From positions 10,555-74,554 of the forward strand of contig CAZXUR010000002.1 in the NCBI GenBank assembly GCA_964644245.1: 64,000 nucleotides of DNA, in the 5' to 3' direction. The translations under genes were made by a program, and so were the position numbers. The notes under the pieces are model-generated. The model was not told where the DNA came from, ran no database searches, and was given only the letters and a program-made list of their open reading frames with translations. Shown here in pieces: positions 1-9,924 of the stretch (positions are counted from its first letter, which is position 1; each line of letters starts with the position of its first letter). Source of the stretch: an uncultured archaeon (GTDB lineage: Archaea; Aenigmatarchaeota; Aenigmatarchaeia; CAZXUR01).

Positions 1-1562
1 GTGCTGAAAACCCTGAAGGTCGGCAGCCATGCGGATTGAGTATTTATAACGAATTTAGGATAGGCAGAAGTGATCAGCAGACCAACAGCTAGCAGAGATA
101 TAACTTCCCTGGGCCTTATATTGTACTTTCTCATGTATTTAGCAACAAGGAATATCCCTTCTGCGGCGAGTATGGAAACGGGTATCGCTAAATAACACCA
201 AAGCCGGTGGGCGTTGGGTATTACGGCTATGGGCAGGGACTTCCCCTGAACACCTAGGAATGTGAATATCAGAAGTGCCAGAATGAAATATTTCCAAGGT
301 TTGGTGTCCTTTGAAGTTTTTGCGATAATATAGAACGAAGCGAACAGGACCAAAACTATCATCACCGGTCCTATGCCTGTGGGCTGGTCTATCTTATCTC
401 CCTGACCCAACAGGGCTGGTGGGAATATGTAGTTCATTGGCGAATAATCCCCGCCGACACCTGAACTACCGAGCGGAGTACCGCCGCCATAGATTCCCGG
501 GAACATGGTCACAAAAGGGTTCAAGAGTCCACCAAACTTGATTCCTTCGGGTACCCAGAAAACGGCGAGGCCTATTATCAGGCCCAGAACTCCTGCCAGC
601 AATACGTATTTCTTCACTTTTTTCTCTGACAGAGAATACGCGGCTATGTAGAAGAGCAGGAATCCTGCGAAAACGTAGGAAGCAAGAATATGAGTGACGA
701 CTATGGCAGCAATGACTATGGCAGCGACCAGGTACCAATGCCTCTCGTGCTCTATCCTGGTCACCGCGTAAAGCGCGGGAAAGAACAGAGTAACTGCAAG
801 AGGAGTGGCGAATATGAAGTGTCCCAAGTAACAAGGAATAACCGCAAGTGAGAAGGCCGCGAGCACTGCCTTAGTGTTGCTATTTGTCAAGCGCTTGACA
901 AAATAATAGAAGAAGATCACACCCAGAGATATTGTTAATGCGTTAAAGAACTTCAGGGTCCAGGAGACAGACTCGTTGGTCTGATGGAGTACTCCCATGA
1001 GCATCTGATACCCCTGAGGATAAGGATCCATAACTATACCATAACTGCCCCTGACCTGTTCCCGGATGAGTGTAGCATTCCTAGAAGAAAAGACCTCTTC
1101 AGGACTCTTCCCAGGTATTTTCTCCAATTCCCGGTTGAATGTCTGTTGGTGAGCAATATACTTGGCTGCCTCTGCATACTCCCAGGGGTCTCCGTCTTCC
1201 AACCATGGGTATGCAAAGGCTCCCTGGTGGAAGGCGATGAACAAACCAAGGGTGAATATGAGTACGAATATTACTGACAGGGAAGGTCTCTTTATGTGAA
1301 GGCCTTCTGATTCAGACCCTTCCGCTTTAGCGGTTACCAGAGAATAGACTGGCGATACCAAGGATATTAGAAGGAACAAAAGCCAGTTCAAAGGGGCTCC
1401 CAAAAAATTGATGGCAGAGCCCAGGACCGTGAACACACCCAACCCTATTCCCAGCCTCATCAGATGCCTTTCCCAGAAGTCATCTGTCTTGAGGAAACAG
1501 GTAGCCGCGTGTCCCAATCCGTACATGACCACAAAAAAGTAAACTACAGACCACAGATACAT
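1..1562 (-). CDS. Polytopic GT-C-type (STT3/PMT/ArnT-like) membrane glycosyltransferase candidate; the 3' end runs off the window
   Basis: Absent from the ORF track because it is open to the window edge. My reverse translation from the ATG at 1562-1560 gives MYLWSVVYFFVVMYGLGHAATCFLKTDDFWERH... The frame stays open at every point I checked, and the track lists no stop-bounded ORF in this frame. It has many hydrophobic spans. The loop motif EDGDPWEY resembles the acidic first-loop motif of GT-C enzymes. Confidence 0.55.
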   Translation of the reverse strand, partial: MYLWSVVYFFVVMYGLGHAATCFLKTDDFWERHLMRLGIGLGVFTVLGSAINFLGAPLNWLLFLLISLVSPVYSLVTAKAEGSESEGLHIKRPSLSVIFVLIFTLGLFIAFHQGAFAYPWLEDGDPWEYAEAAKYIAHQQTFNRELEKIPGKSPEEVFSSRNATLIREQVRGSYGIVMDPYPQGYQMLMGVLHQTNESVSWTLKFFNALTISLGVIFFYYFVKRLTNSNTKAVLAAFSLAVIPCYLGHFIFATPLAVTLFFPALYAVTRIEHERHWYLVAAIVIAAIVVTHILASYVFAGFLLFYIAAYSLSEKKVKKYVLLAGVLGLIIGLAVFWVPEGIKFGGLLNPFVTMFPGIYGGGTPLGSSGVGGDYSPMNYIFPPALLGQGDKIDQPTGIGPVMIVLVLFASFYIIAKTSKDTKPWKYFILALLIFTFLGVQGKSLPIAVIPNAHRLWCYLAIPVSILAAEGIFLVAKYMRKYNIRPREVISLLAVGLLITSAYPKFVINTQSAWLPTFRVFS

Positions 1563-1621
1563 AAAAAAGATTACTTGTTAGACTTATATATTTATTTTAA
1601 CTTTAAGGTTTTAGTGTAAGT

Positions 1622-2746
1622 ATGAAAATCGTGGTCATAAACGAATTCGTCTCCAGCCCTGGAAAACCAATGATTGGTGGTCCGGAAGCAAGGGAAGTCA
1701 ACCTTTTCAAACGCTTCAACCACGATGTTCATTTCGTCTGCGCCATGCTCAGGGGTTCCAAGAGGGAGGAGGAGAAAGAAGGGATAAAGATACATCGTGT
1801 CGGAAACCCCAGGGGGTATGCACAGAGAGGAAACATGTTGACCAGATACTTCTTCTACCGGGAGGCGGTGAAGCGGACTATAGAACTAGAACCTGATTTA
1901 GTCATGGCAAGCGGATTCGCAGGCCTGAAACCCGCCAAAGAAGCGGCCAAAAAAATCGGAGTTCCTGCAGTGGCAACCGTCCACGAGGTGTGGAAAGGGG
2001 AGTGGAAGAAGAACATGGGTCTGTTGAATGGGGCCATAGGTGAATACCTGGAACCCAGATTCTTGAGGGACTTTGACTTGTATATTGCGGTGAGCAACTT
2101 CACCAAGGAGAAGTTGTTGTCGCTGGTCCCGAACGCAAAGGTAGAGGTAGTCTACAACGGAGTAGACCTAAAAAAGTTCAAGAAAGTCAAGGGAAAAAAG
2201 TTCAATAAGAAGACTTTGATAACCGTCTGCCGTCTGGTGGGATACAAGCGGGTAAACGACTTGATTAAAGCACTGGACCTGATAAGGAAAAAACATGACG
2301 TGCAGTTGAAGATCGTTGGAAGTGGTCCGGAGGAGAAGAAGTTGAGGGAATTGGCAGAAAAGTTGGAATTGTCTAAAAACGTTGACTTCGCAGGGAAAAT
2401 CAAGCGACATACAGACTTGCTATCCATGGTCAAAGGGGCTGACTTATTCGTACTTCCCTCGGTGACCGAAGGATTTTCCATAGTAACAGTAGAGGCAATG
2501 GCTTTAGGCACACCGTTCGTGGTAGCAGACATACCACCGGTCAAGGAGGCCTCCGGAGGAAGGGGCGGTCTGTTCTTCGAACCCAAGCATGTGGGAGACC
2601 TAGCAGTCAAAATAATGCAAGTTCTGGAAGGAAAGGCTAAAATTAAGAAGACGGGGAACTTCCTCAAGAAATACAACTGGGAGAAGCTGGCAAGACAAGA
2701 GGAAAAAATATTTGAAAAACTTGTAAGGGAGAAAAATGAAGATTAA
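1622..2746 (+). CDS. Glycosyltransferase, GT4 family (GT-B fold)
   Basis: 374 aa. C-terminal GT4/GT1 signature LFVLPSVTEGFSIVTVEAMALGTPFVVADIPPVKE (E-x7-E). Confidence 0.85.
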   Translation: MKIVVINEFVSSPGKPMIGGPEAREVNLFKRFNHDVHFVCAMLRGSKREEEKEGIKIHRVGNPRGYAQRGNMLTRYFFYREAVKRTIELEPDLVMASGFAGLKPAKEAAKKIGVPAVATVHEVWKGEWKKNMGLLNGAIGEYLEPRFLRDFDLYIAVSNFTKEKLLSLVPNAKVEVVYNGVDLKKFKKVKGKKFNKKTLITVCRLVGYKRVNDLIKALDLIRKKHDVQLKIVGSGPEEKKLRELAEKLELSKNVDFAGKIKRHTDLLSMVKGADLFVLPSVTEGFSIVTVEAMALGTPFVVADIPPVKEASGGRGGLFFEPKHVGDLAVKIMQVLEGKAKIKKTGNFLKKYNWEKLARQEEKIFEKLVREKNED

Positions 2747-3662
2747 ACCCAGGATGGTACTGCCTTTTTTGGTAGCAGTACTTGCCTTGTTTTTTTTCAT
2801 TTTTAACATCAACATTTCCGAAACTCTCCAGACCATATCAAAAACCAATCTTTACTTGTATTCGATTGCCTTTGTGATGGCATATTTAGCACTGGCAGCC
2901 AGAAGCTACAGGTGGAAATTGCTTCTGAAGAACATGGACTTCCATGCAAAATTTAAGGACGTATTTGAAATATACTTTTTGTCCGTATTTGTCAATTGCC
3001 TGCTTCCGGCGAAGATGGGGGACGTCTATAGAGGACACAAACTGAAGAAAAACTATGAAGTTTCCATGTCCAAAACTGTGGGAACTGTCTTTGTTGAAAG
3101 GATTGTGGACATAGTGTTTCTGGTAGCCATGATTTCCGTGTCCGGTTTCTTTTTATTTGGTTCACAATTACCAGAAGAAATTGCATCAGGCATGAAGGTG
3201 GCTTACTTACTGGCAGCGCTTCTCATAGCAATGCTTTTCTCGATTAGGAAATGGAGGAAACGTATCATAGGACTTCTGCCAGGGAGGATGGGAGGATATC
3301 TTGAGAGGTTTGAGTCAGGTTGCTCACTCTCGCTAGAAAGAAGGAGACTTAAAATTCTGGCAACCACTTTACTGATATGGTCGATTGACTTAGTAAGAAT
3401 CTTTATAGTAGCAAAAGCCATAGGCGTTGACCTGCCAATCTTAGTACTTCTATTCATTTTACCCACCATCGCACTCTTGACTGCTCTACCGTTAACTCCG
3501 GCCGGCCTGGGTGCGGTAGAACTGAGCGTCACCGGGATACTGGTACTGACTGGTCTGAACGTAAATGTGGCTGCGTCCATTGCCATACTTGAAAGGCTGC
3601 TCAGTTACTGGTCCTACATATTCTTTGGCGCCCTTCTTTACACATTTAGTAAGAAGTCATAG
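2736..3662 (+). CDS. UPF0104 / lysylphosphatidylglycerol-synthase-TM-like membrane protein (flippase-like)
   Basis: 308 aa and polytopic. Motif LLPAKMGDVYRGHKL is typical of the UPF0104 family. The ATG overlaps the stop of the upstream GT4 gene. Confidence 0.6.
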   Translation: MKIKPRMVLPFLVAVLALFFFIFNINISETLQTISKTNLYLYSIAFVMAYLALAARSYRWKLLLKNMDFHAKFKDVFEIYFLSVFVNCLLPAKMGDVYRGHKLKKNYEVSMSKTVGTVFVERIVDIVFLVAMISVSGFFLFGSQLPEEIASGMKVAYLLAALLIAMLFSIRKWRKRIIGLLPGRMGGYLERFESGCSLSLERRRLKILATTLLIWSIDLVRIFIVAKAIGVDLPILVLLFILPTIALLTALPLTPAGLGAVELSVTGILVLTGLNVNVAASIAILERLLSYWSYIFFGALLYTFSKKS

Positions 3663-4361
3663 ATACCTGAACGTCCATATCAACAGGACCTTGCCATGTC
3701 TGTATATGTCTTTAAGAAGCCGTACTATAGGCGTCCGCTTCCTCCTTTTTTCAATCCATTGAACTGGAAATTCCTTGATTTTATACCCGTTTTTGCAAGC
3801 TTCTATGATTACCGCTGTGTCCCATGCCCAGGTCTTTTCAGTTATATTATCTATCACATCTTCTACAAACTTCCTCTTGAACGCTTTGAAGCCGCACTGG
3901 GAATCCTTAACATCACATCCCAAGACTGTCCGTATGTAGAGGTTGTATGTTTTTGAGACGAACTGCCTCAAGGGAGGACGGCTTGTTTTGGAGGACTTTA
4001 CGTATCTGGAAGCTGTCACCACATCGTATTCTCTGGAATACTTCAACAAATCCTTCAAATGTTTGGGGTCTATAGGCAAATCCACATCTATATATCCAAT
4101 GACATCTCCTTTGGCAACGGAGAACGCATTCTTCAGCGCCTGTCCCCTTCCAAGTTTCTCTTCCGAATGTAAGTGTCTGATTTTCTTGTCTTTTTTTGCG
4201 AGTCTCTCAGCAATTTTATCAGTCCCGTCCGTAGAGCCATCTTCAGCTATTATTATCTCGTAGGAAGTCCCTTTCAAGATTTTTTTGACCTCTCCTACAC
4301 ACTCCTCTAGAAAATTTACCTCATTGTAAGCCGGTAAAACCAGCGAAAACATACTTGCCAT
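3657..4361 (-). CDS. Glycosyltransferase GT2, dolichyl-phosphate hexose synthase-like
   Basis: 234 aa. Motifs LVLPAYNE, IIIAEDGSTDGT and IDVDL match the Dpm1/GT2 pattern. Confidence 0.8.
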   Translation of the reverse strand: MASMFSLVLPAYNEVNFLEECVGEVKKILKGTSYEIIIAEDGSTDGTDKIAERLAKKDKKIRHLHSEEKLGRGQALKNAFSVAKGDVIGYIDVDLPIDPKHLKDLLKYSREYDVVTASRYVKSSKTSRPPLRQFVSKTYNLYIRTVLGCDVKDSQCGFKAFKRKFVEDVIDNITEKTWAWDTAVIIEACKNGYKIKEFPVQWIEKRRKRTPIVRLLKDIYRHGKVLLIWTFRYL

Positions 4362-4436
4362 GATTAAAGTTATAAAACAACCTTAAATGCCTTGCTTCAA
4401 GACAATAAATTTAAGCTTTCTTCTCAAGGCTATTTT

Positions 4437-5912
4437 ATGAAAATAGCACTCATAAACCCTCCGCAAATTTTTTCCAAGACACAGGCCTCAGCAGGTATAA
4501 CCCCTCCTCTAGGACTGATGTACCTAGCTGCCTACGCCCGGAAAAAACACCAGGTATCACTGATAGATGCGGTAGTAGAAGGTGCAGACGAACTAAACGA
4601 GTGGAAGGAGGGACTCCTACTGAGAGGCTTGTCTTATTCGGAAATCATCCAGAAAATCCCAAAAAACGCAGATATAATAGGCATATCCAACTTGTACTCT
4701 TTTGCCTTTCCCATGGTGAAAGAGCTGTGCGAAGCCATAAAAAAGGAAAGAAATGGGAAGATAGTGCTGGGCGGTGCGCATCCTTCTGCTATGCCCAAAG
4801 ATTGCCTAGAGAAAACCAAGGCCGATTTCGTTATAATAAGCGAAGGGGAGGAGACGTTGATGGACTTGTGCAAATACTTGAAGGGAGTGAAAAAAATAGA
4901 GAAGATAGATGGGATTGCTTACAGAAAGAAAGACAAAGTAGTGGTAAATCCCAAGACTAAATTCATCAAAGACTTGGACTCGTTACCTTTTCCAGCCAGG
5001 GACTTGGTACCTTTGAAAAAATACTACAGACAAAAAGAAGCGCACGGACCGGTCGCCGACAAATGGACTCCCATCCTTTCCTCCAGGGGATGTCCCTTTC
5101 ACTGCACTTTCTGTACTTCTCCCTTGTGGAACTTTAAGTGGAGGGCCAGAAGCGCGAAGAACGTGGTGGATGAAATGGAACACTGTATAAAGGAGTATGG
5201 GATAAAGGAATTCCACTTTGAGGACGAAAACATGACCCTAAAGAAGAAACGTCTGCTCGAGATATGCAATGAAATCATCGATAGAGGACTGGATATAACA
5301 TGGCAAACCCCCAACGGAATCCGTGCCTCGGTTACTGACAGGGAGATGCTAGAAGTGATGAAGAAAAGTGGTTGCACGCACATAACTGTGGCACCGGAAA
5401 GTGGTTCTGAACGGGTACTGGAAGGGATAATGAACAAGGAACAGAACACAGAAGACGTGTTGGGGGTGATGGAAGCAGCGCATGAACTGGGCATGAAGAC
5501 TACTGCTTATTTCATAATCGGTTTGCCTGGTGAGGCAAAAGAAGACATAGAGAAGAGCATAGACTTGATGAAGAAATTGGCAAAAGTCGGGGTTGATGAG
5601 GTAGGAGTCAGTCTGTTCATACCACTTCCCGGGTCTGTTCTCTACAAGGAACTGGAGAAAAAGGGGAAGATTTCTGACGACCTGAGGGAGTTGATATGCA
5701 TAACCGACTTTGCCAGAGCAAAGTCCTGGTCCGATATAAGCGCGGAAGACTTGAACGAATACAGGAAAAGGGCGTTCCTTGCTTTCTATGCGACCAAGGC
5801 AATCCATCACCCCGACAAAATTGTCAAGTCTTTGCTCAATATATTCAGAGGCAAGGAAGAGACAAAGACCGAAAGGACTGTCCGGGTCCTGTTAGAGCGC
5901 CTAAAGAAATAA
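4437..5912 (+). CDS. B12-binding-domain radical SAM protein (paralogue 1)
   Basis: Cluster motif SSRGCPFHCTFCTS (CxxxCxxC). N-terminal Rossmann-like segment IIGISNLYSFAF...IVLGGAHPS. I prefer the ATG at 4437 (MKIALINPP) over the TTG at 4392 given in the track. Confidence 0.8.
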   Translation: MKIALINPPQIFSKTQASAGITPPLGLMYLAAYARKKHQVSLIDAVVEGADELNEWKEGLLLRGLSYSEIIQKIPKNADIIGISNLYSFAFPMVKELCEAIKKERNGKIVLGGAHPSAMPKDCLEKTKADFVIISEGEETLMDLCKYLKGVKKIEKIDGIAYRKKDKVVVNPKTKFIKDLDSLPFPARDLVPLKKYYRQKEAHGPVADKWTPILSSRGCPFHCTFCTSPLWNFKWRARSAKNVVDEMEHCIKEYGIKEFHFEDENMTLKKKRLLEICNEIIDRGLDITWQTPNGIRASVTDREMLEVMKKSGCTHITVAPESGSERVLEGIMNKEQNTEDVLGVMEAAHELGMKTTAYFIIGLPGEAKEDIEKSIDLMKKLAKVGVDEVGVSLFIPLPGSVLYKELEKKGKISDDLRELICITDFARAKSWSDISAEDLNEYRKRAFLAFYATKAIHHPDKIVKSLLNIFRGKEETKTERTVRVLLERLKK

Positions 5913-5936
5913 AAACTAAGTCTTCAATTATTTGTT

Positions 5937-7520
5937 ATGAACAAGAGTCATCTGTTCGTAGTGGTGCTGTTTCTTTTATCGGTCTTTGTCCGAGTCTCCA
6001 TAAACGGGTTCAACATGGGTTATCCGGGCAACCTGAAGGCCATGGACCCCATGCACCACTCGCTTGAGACAGAATGGATAGTGGAAGAGAACGAATACGG
6101 ACTCATGCCATATTATCTAGCCCAGGGACATGAAGACGTCATATCCTACCTACCTCCATTCCTTTACCTGGTCTCAGCTACCTTTGCCCTTATAGGAGGC
6201 ATACCCGCCTATGATTCTATATACCTCCTGACTTGTATAATATCTGCATTGGCCGTGCCGCTTCTCTATCTGATTGGAAAGCGCATATTCAAGTCTGAAA
6301 TCATTGGCGTGATTGCAGCCGCATTGTATGTAATACCTTTGGAGGTGTCAGTATGGCTGTACGGTCTGTACATAGGCCAGTGGTTGATGATAGTCGCTTT
6401 CACCTTCTTCCTAGCCTCTATTTGGCTGGCATGGGAATTCTATAAAAAACCTAGTTGGACGACATCATTGTTCCTAGGTCTTTCTCTCGCCGGTTCTTTC
6501 ATGACCCACTTCCCTGAAACTGCCATGGCCGTGCCCATAGTCCTGGTTCTGGTTGGAAAAATGGCATGGGAAGGAAGACTGCCCATAAGAAGCATAGGAA
6601 TAGCAGCAGTGGTTCCACTGATTTGTTTTGCGCTGTTCTTCCCAAATCTTCCTGTCTACCTGGCAGGGCCTGGTTCAAAGCCAGCCGGCTTTGGGTTCTA
6701 TGAGATAAGCACCAACTACCACCCAGGCAGTCTCACAGATTTCCCGGTTTGGATACTACTTTTAGCAGCCGTGGGTGGGATATACATGTTCCTGAACTAC
6801 AGGCGGTTATGGTTCTGGGGATTCGTAACAATTTTTTCCCTGCTTTGGATGTTTGTACTTCCTAGTTTTTTCACCCCTTCCGGATACCTGGTCAGACAGA
6901 GATTCATGACCCCGTTTTTCATACTCCCCATAGCCGGATTCGGTTTTTATGTATTGTTGAGGGAAGTGAAGAAGAGGTTTGAAGTGAATACTTTCTGGGT
7001 TACAGTTGCAGTTTCTTTCCTGGTCATATTGGTCTCCTTTTCCTCTCTGAATAACTTACAGGAAAGGATGACTGGCAAAATAATTACAGAAGACAACTAT
7101 GAGGCGCTCAATTGGCTCTCAGAGAACACGCCAGAAAAGTCCACTGTACTGTTCCTGAACGGTTTCTACCAGAAGAGCGGTTTCTTCTCCAAGCGGATTC
7201 CATATCAGTTGTATCAAGGAGATGTGCAACTAGCTTTGGAGACCTACTTCACAGAGGGAGAGATACTCACCAGATTTGAAGATTCCAACTGGATAAACTT
7301 CTTTCACGAAGGCCCTCACAAGACTTCCTTCTTCAACATAGAGTATCACGGTCTAAAAGACAAGGAGCCAGAGATGACGACCTTTGACTACGTGGTTATG
7401 AAAGATGAAAACCAATACTTCTCTGAATACAACCAAGCAGTGATAGAAATGTTATCAGAGGAAGGTTACACAGAAGTATATACGAAAAACGGAATACACA
7501 TAGTGGAGGCTGGAAAATGA
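5937..7520 (+). CDS. Polytopic STT3/AglB-like GT-C paralogue with a degenerate C-terminal motif
   Basis: 527 aa. First-loop motif AMDPMHHSL. The C-terminal soluble part ALNWLSENTPEKSTVLFLNGFYQKSG aligns by eye with the WWDPG region of the AglB C-terminal ORF, but the WWD residues are missing. Confidence 0.5.
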   Translation: MNKSHLFVVVLFLLSVFVRVSINGFNMGYPGNLKAMDPMHHSLETEWIVEENEYGLMPYYLAQGHEDVISYLPPFLYLVSATFALIGGIPAYDSIYLLTCIISALAVPLLYLIGKRIFKSEIIGVIAAALYVIPLEVSVWLYGLYIGQWLMIVAFTFFLASIWLAWEFYKKPSWTTSLFLGLSLAGSFMTHFPETAMAVPIVLVLVGKMAWEGRLPIRSIGIAAVVPLICFALFFPNLPVYLAGPGSKPAGFGFYEISTNYHPGSLTDFPVWILLLAAVGGIYMFLNYRRLWFWGFVTIFSLLWMFVLPSFFTPSGYLVRQRFMTPFFILPIAGFGFYVLLREVKKRFEVNTFWVTVAVSFLVILVSFSSLNNLQERMTGKIITEDNYEALNWLSENTPEKSTVLFLNGFYQKSGFFSKRIPYQLYQGDVQLALETYFTEGEILTRFEDSNWINFFHEGPHKTSFFNIEYHGLKDKEPEMTTFDYVVMKDENQYFSEYNQAVIEMLSEEGYTEVYTKNGIHIVEAGK

Positions 7521-7897
7521 TAGAATTGGAGAAAGTCAAGAATTTACTGTTACTGGGCCTTATAACCGGACTATTCTTCGGTATATTGAGCGCCGATTTC
7601 ACAGCAACAGTAAGGATAACCATTGCCTACCTACTGGTCGTCTATCTGCCCGGACTCTTTTGGGTTGGCTTTTCCAAGAGGTCGTTAATAGAAAGATACG
7701 TGCTGCTCAACCTTTTCGGCCTGGTTGCAACTCCATTTTTACTGTACGTTGTAAGCTTCTTGGGGGTTCCAATCAACGAGATTACGGTCTTTTCGGTGTT
7801 CCCGGTGCTTTTATTCAGCGGCTTTATAAGGTATAAAAAGTTTGTTTCTAACAGAGAAATTAATGCTCCCAGTAGTGATGACCGTACTGAACAATGA
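7517..7897 (+). CDS. Small polytopic membrane protein, unknown function
   Basis: 126 aa with four hydrophobic spans. ATGA start/stop overlap with the upstream gene. Confidence 0.45.
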   Translation: MIELEKVKNLLLLGLITGLFFGILSADFTATVRITIAYLLVVYLPGLFWVGFSKRSLIERYVLLNLFGLVATPFLLYVVSFLGVPINEITVFSVFPVLLFSGFIRYKKFVSNREINAPSSDDRTEQ

Positions 7898-8810
7898 GAA
7901 AGATATAGGCAAATGTCTAGAATCTTTGAAGGAGCAAACAGTTGATGTGAAGTTGTACGTGGTGGACGCTGGTTCTACAGACAGGACTGTTGAGATTATC
8001 AAGAAATATAAGAAGGTTCTTCCCATAGACATGACCGTGAAAAAAGTCAACCGTAGTGTTGCGAGGGACTTGGCAATTCGCAAGACGAAGGGAAAATTCG
8101 TAGGAGTAGTCAATTCAGACGTGGAACTGGAAGAAGACTGTTTTGAAGAATTGTTGGAGGTAATAAAGAAGAAAAAGGATGCGGGAGGTGTGGCCGGCAC
8201 ACAAACCAGACCTGAAGGACAGAACTGGGTGGCTAAAGGAATATATTATCTACCAGGCATGGCTCAGGTCAATGAGAGGCAGGACTTTGAGGAAGGACTG
8301 GTTGAAACGCACTCCATTCCCTGCGAGTGCGGTATCTTCAGGAGGAAAGCCTTTGAAGAAATAGATGGCTTTGATGAAAGTCTAAACTGGGGCGAAGACG
8401 CGGAGCTCGGCATGCGCCTCAGACAGAAGGGATGGAAACTCTACGGAGTTGAAAAGGCAAGATTCGAACATTTCTACAAGTCTACGCTCCAAGGATTCTG
8501 GAAACAGCAGGTAGGATACGGAACCGGCGGAGGAATCATGTGGAGAAAGGGAATGGAACTGAATTTCTTTGGCTTAAGATGGAAGAAGTGGTTGGCGTTG
8601 ATATCGCCAGTGCTGATTGCTCTCTACCTCTTCTTGTTAGTTGTTCATCCATTTCACTGGTCCATTCTGACCGTTTTGGGATTACTTACGGTAGTGATAA
8701 TTTCCAAGTTCAGATTGACAACTTCTTTATTGTTCGTGGTAAAGGTAGCGGCAAATATATACGGTGTTTGGAAAGGCATTTTCCAGGAGAGTCAGGGTGT
8801 TCAGGGATGA
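7863..8810 (+). CDS. Glycosyltransferase GT2 with C-terminal membrane anchor
   Basis: Motifs VVMTVLNNEKD and VVDAGSTDRT, GEDAELGMRL, and C-terminal TM helices. I prefer the ATG at 7863 over the track start at 7842. Confidence 0.75.
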   Translation: MLPVVMTVLNNEKDIGKCLESLKEQTVDVKLYVVDAGSTDRTVEIIKKYKKVLPIDMTVKKVNRSVARDLAIRKTKGKFVGVVNSDVELEEDCFEELLEVIKKKKDAGGVAGTQTRPEGQNWVAKGIYYLPGMAQVNERQDFEEGLVETHSIPCECGIFRRKAFEEIDGFDESLNWGEDAELGMRLRQKGWKLYGVEKARFEHFYKSTLQGFWKQQVGYGTGGGIMWRKGMELNFFGLRWKKWLALISPVLIALYLFLLVVHPFHWSILTVLGLLTVVIISKFRLTTSLLFVVKVAANIYGVWKGIFQESQGVQG

Positions 8811-9913
8811 AAATCGTACATTATGGTTATACTTTTTATCCTCACTATGGTGGGGAAGAAAATTATATACGTGATATTTCAAAGTTTTTGGAAAAAAAGA
8901 ATTTTGAAGTGATTGTCGTCCAGAGAGGATTCAAGGAAGAGTATGAAAATGACAAAAAAAGAAAATTTTCAAAGAGAATAAAAATAAAACCTGTCACATG
9001 CTTGGCCCCAAAAAATCCTTACACCTCAAGTCGCCTAAGAATTCTAATCGACCGTCATATTATCTACCCGTTAGTCTCTTTTCTCGCATTGAGAAAGTTA
9101 GCAGAGAAGGATGACTTAATCATTACACATTTTCCCAACTTATTTTTTCCTTCTGCTTGGCTTCTGAGAAAAAAATGTAAGACTGTTTGTGTCTCTCATT
9201 GTTTAATTTGGGATAAGCCCAAATCAAATTTTATTGAAAAAATCTTTTATTCGTTCATGAAAATACTGCATAAAATTGCTGAAAAATACTCTAATAAGAT
9301 TGTGGCGAATGAGAAAAAGTACCAGAAGGAAATCAAATCAGAATATATACCTAACTATGTGGATACTAAGCGATTTAAACCAAACAAAGATAAGACTAAG
9401 AACAATGCAGTAATATGTGTAAGAAACCTTTATTATAGAAAGGGCGTAGACATTGCAATACGAGCATTTAAAGATATTGATTTTGAGCTATGGGTAGTAG
9501 GTACCGGACCTTCAAGAAAAAAACTAGAATCAATAGCCAGTAAAAATATCAGATTCTTTGGGAGAGTAAGTGATAAAACTCTACTAAATTTGTATCAAAA
9601 GGCGTATGCAGCTCTGGTTCCTAGCAGATACAGTGAGGGAACTTCTTTATCCGCTCTGGAAGCTATGGCTTGTGGTTTACCTACCATAGTGACGAATGTA
9701 GGAGGGCTTACTGATCTAGTAGAGGATGGTAAAGAGGGATTTGTCGTTAATCCTAACGCCAAAGAAATAAGAGATGCAATCCAAAAACTTTCAAAAAATA
9801 AAAATAGAGAAAGGATGGGAAAAGCGGCAAGAATAAAGGCGGAAGATTTTTCCTATGAAAGGTGGTGTAAAAGGTGGCTCCTTTTGATAGATTCTCTATA
9901 TAAAAAATCTTAA
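8807..9913 (+). CDS. Glycosyltransferase GT4
   Basis: Motif EGTSLSALEAMACGLPTIVTNVGGLTDLVEDGKEGF. I prefer the ATG at 8807 (MKIVHYGY), which forms an ATGA overlap with the upstream stop. Composition is visibly AT-richer than the neighbouring genes. Confidence 0.8.
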   Translation: MKIVHYGYTFYPHYGGEENYIRDISKFLEKKNFEVIVVQRGFKEEYENDKKRKFSKRIKIKPVTCLAPKNPYTSSRLRILIDRHIIYPLVSFLALRKLAEKDDLIITHFPNLFFPSAWLLRKKCKTVCVSHCLIWDKPKSNFIEKIFYSFMKILHKIAEKYSNKIVANEKKYQKEIKSEYIPNYVDTKRFKPNKDKTKNNAVICVRNLYYRKGVDIAIRAFKDIDFELWVVGTGPSRKKLESIASKNIRFFGRVSDKTLLNLYQKAYAALVPSRYSEGTSLSALEAMACGLPTIVTNVGGLTDLVEDGKEGFVVNPNAKEIRDAIQKLSKNKNRERMGKAARIKAEDFSYERWCKRWLLLIDSLYKKS

Positions 9914-9924
9914 GAAGAGTTTAA

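Noticed and set aside
8540-8806. Upstream extension of the GT4 ORF, plus similar track extensions at 4392, 7842, 15151, 19423, 27540 and 62723
   Set aside because: The extensions overlap the preceding genes and use TTG/GTG or out-of-context starts. Internal ATGs give canonical protein N-termini and tight start/stop coupling.
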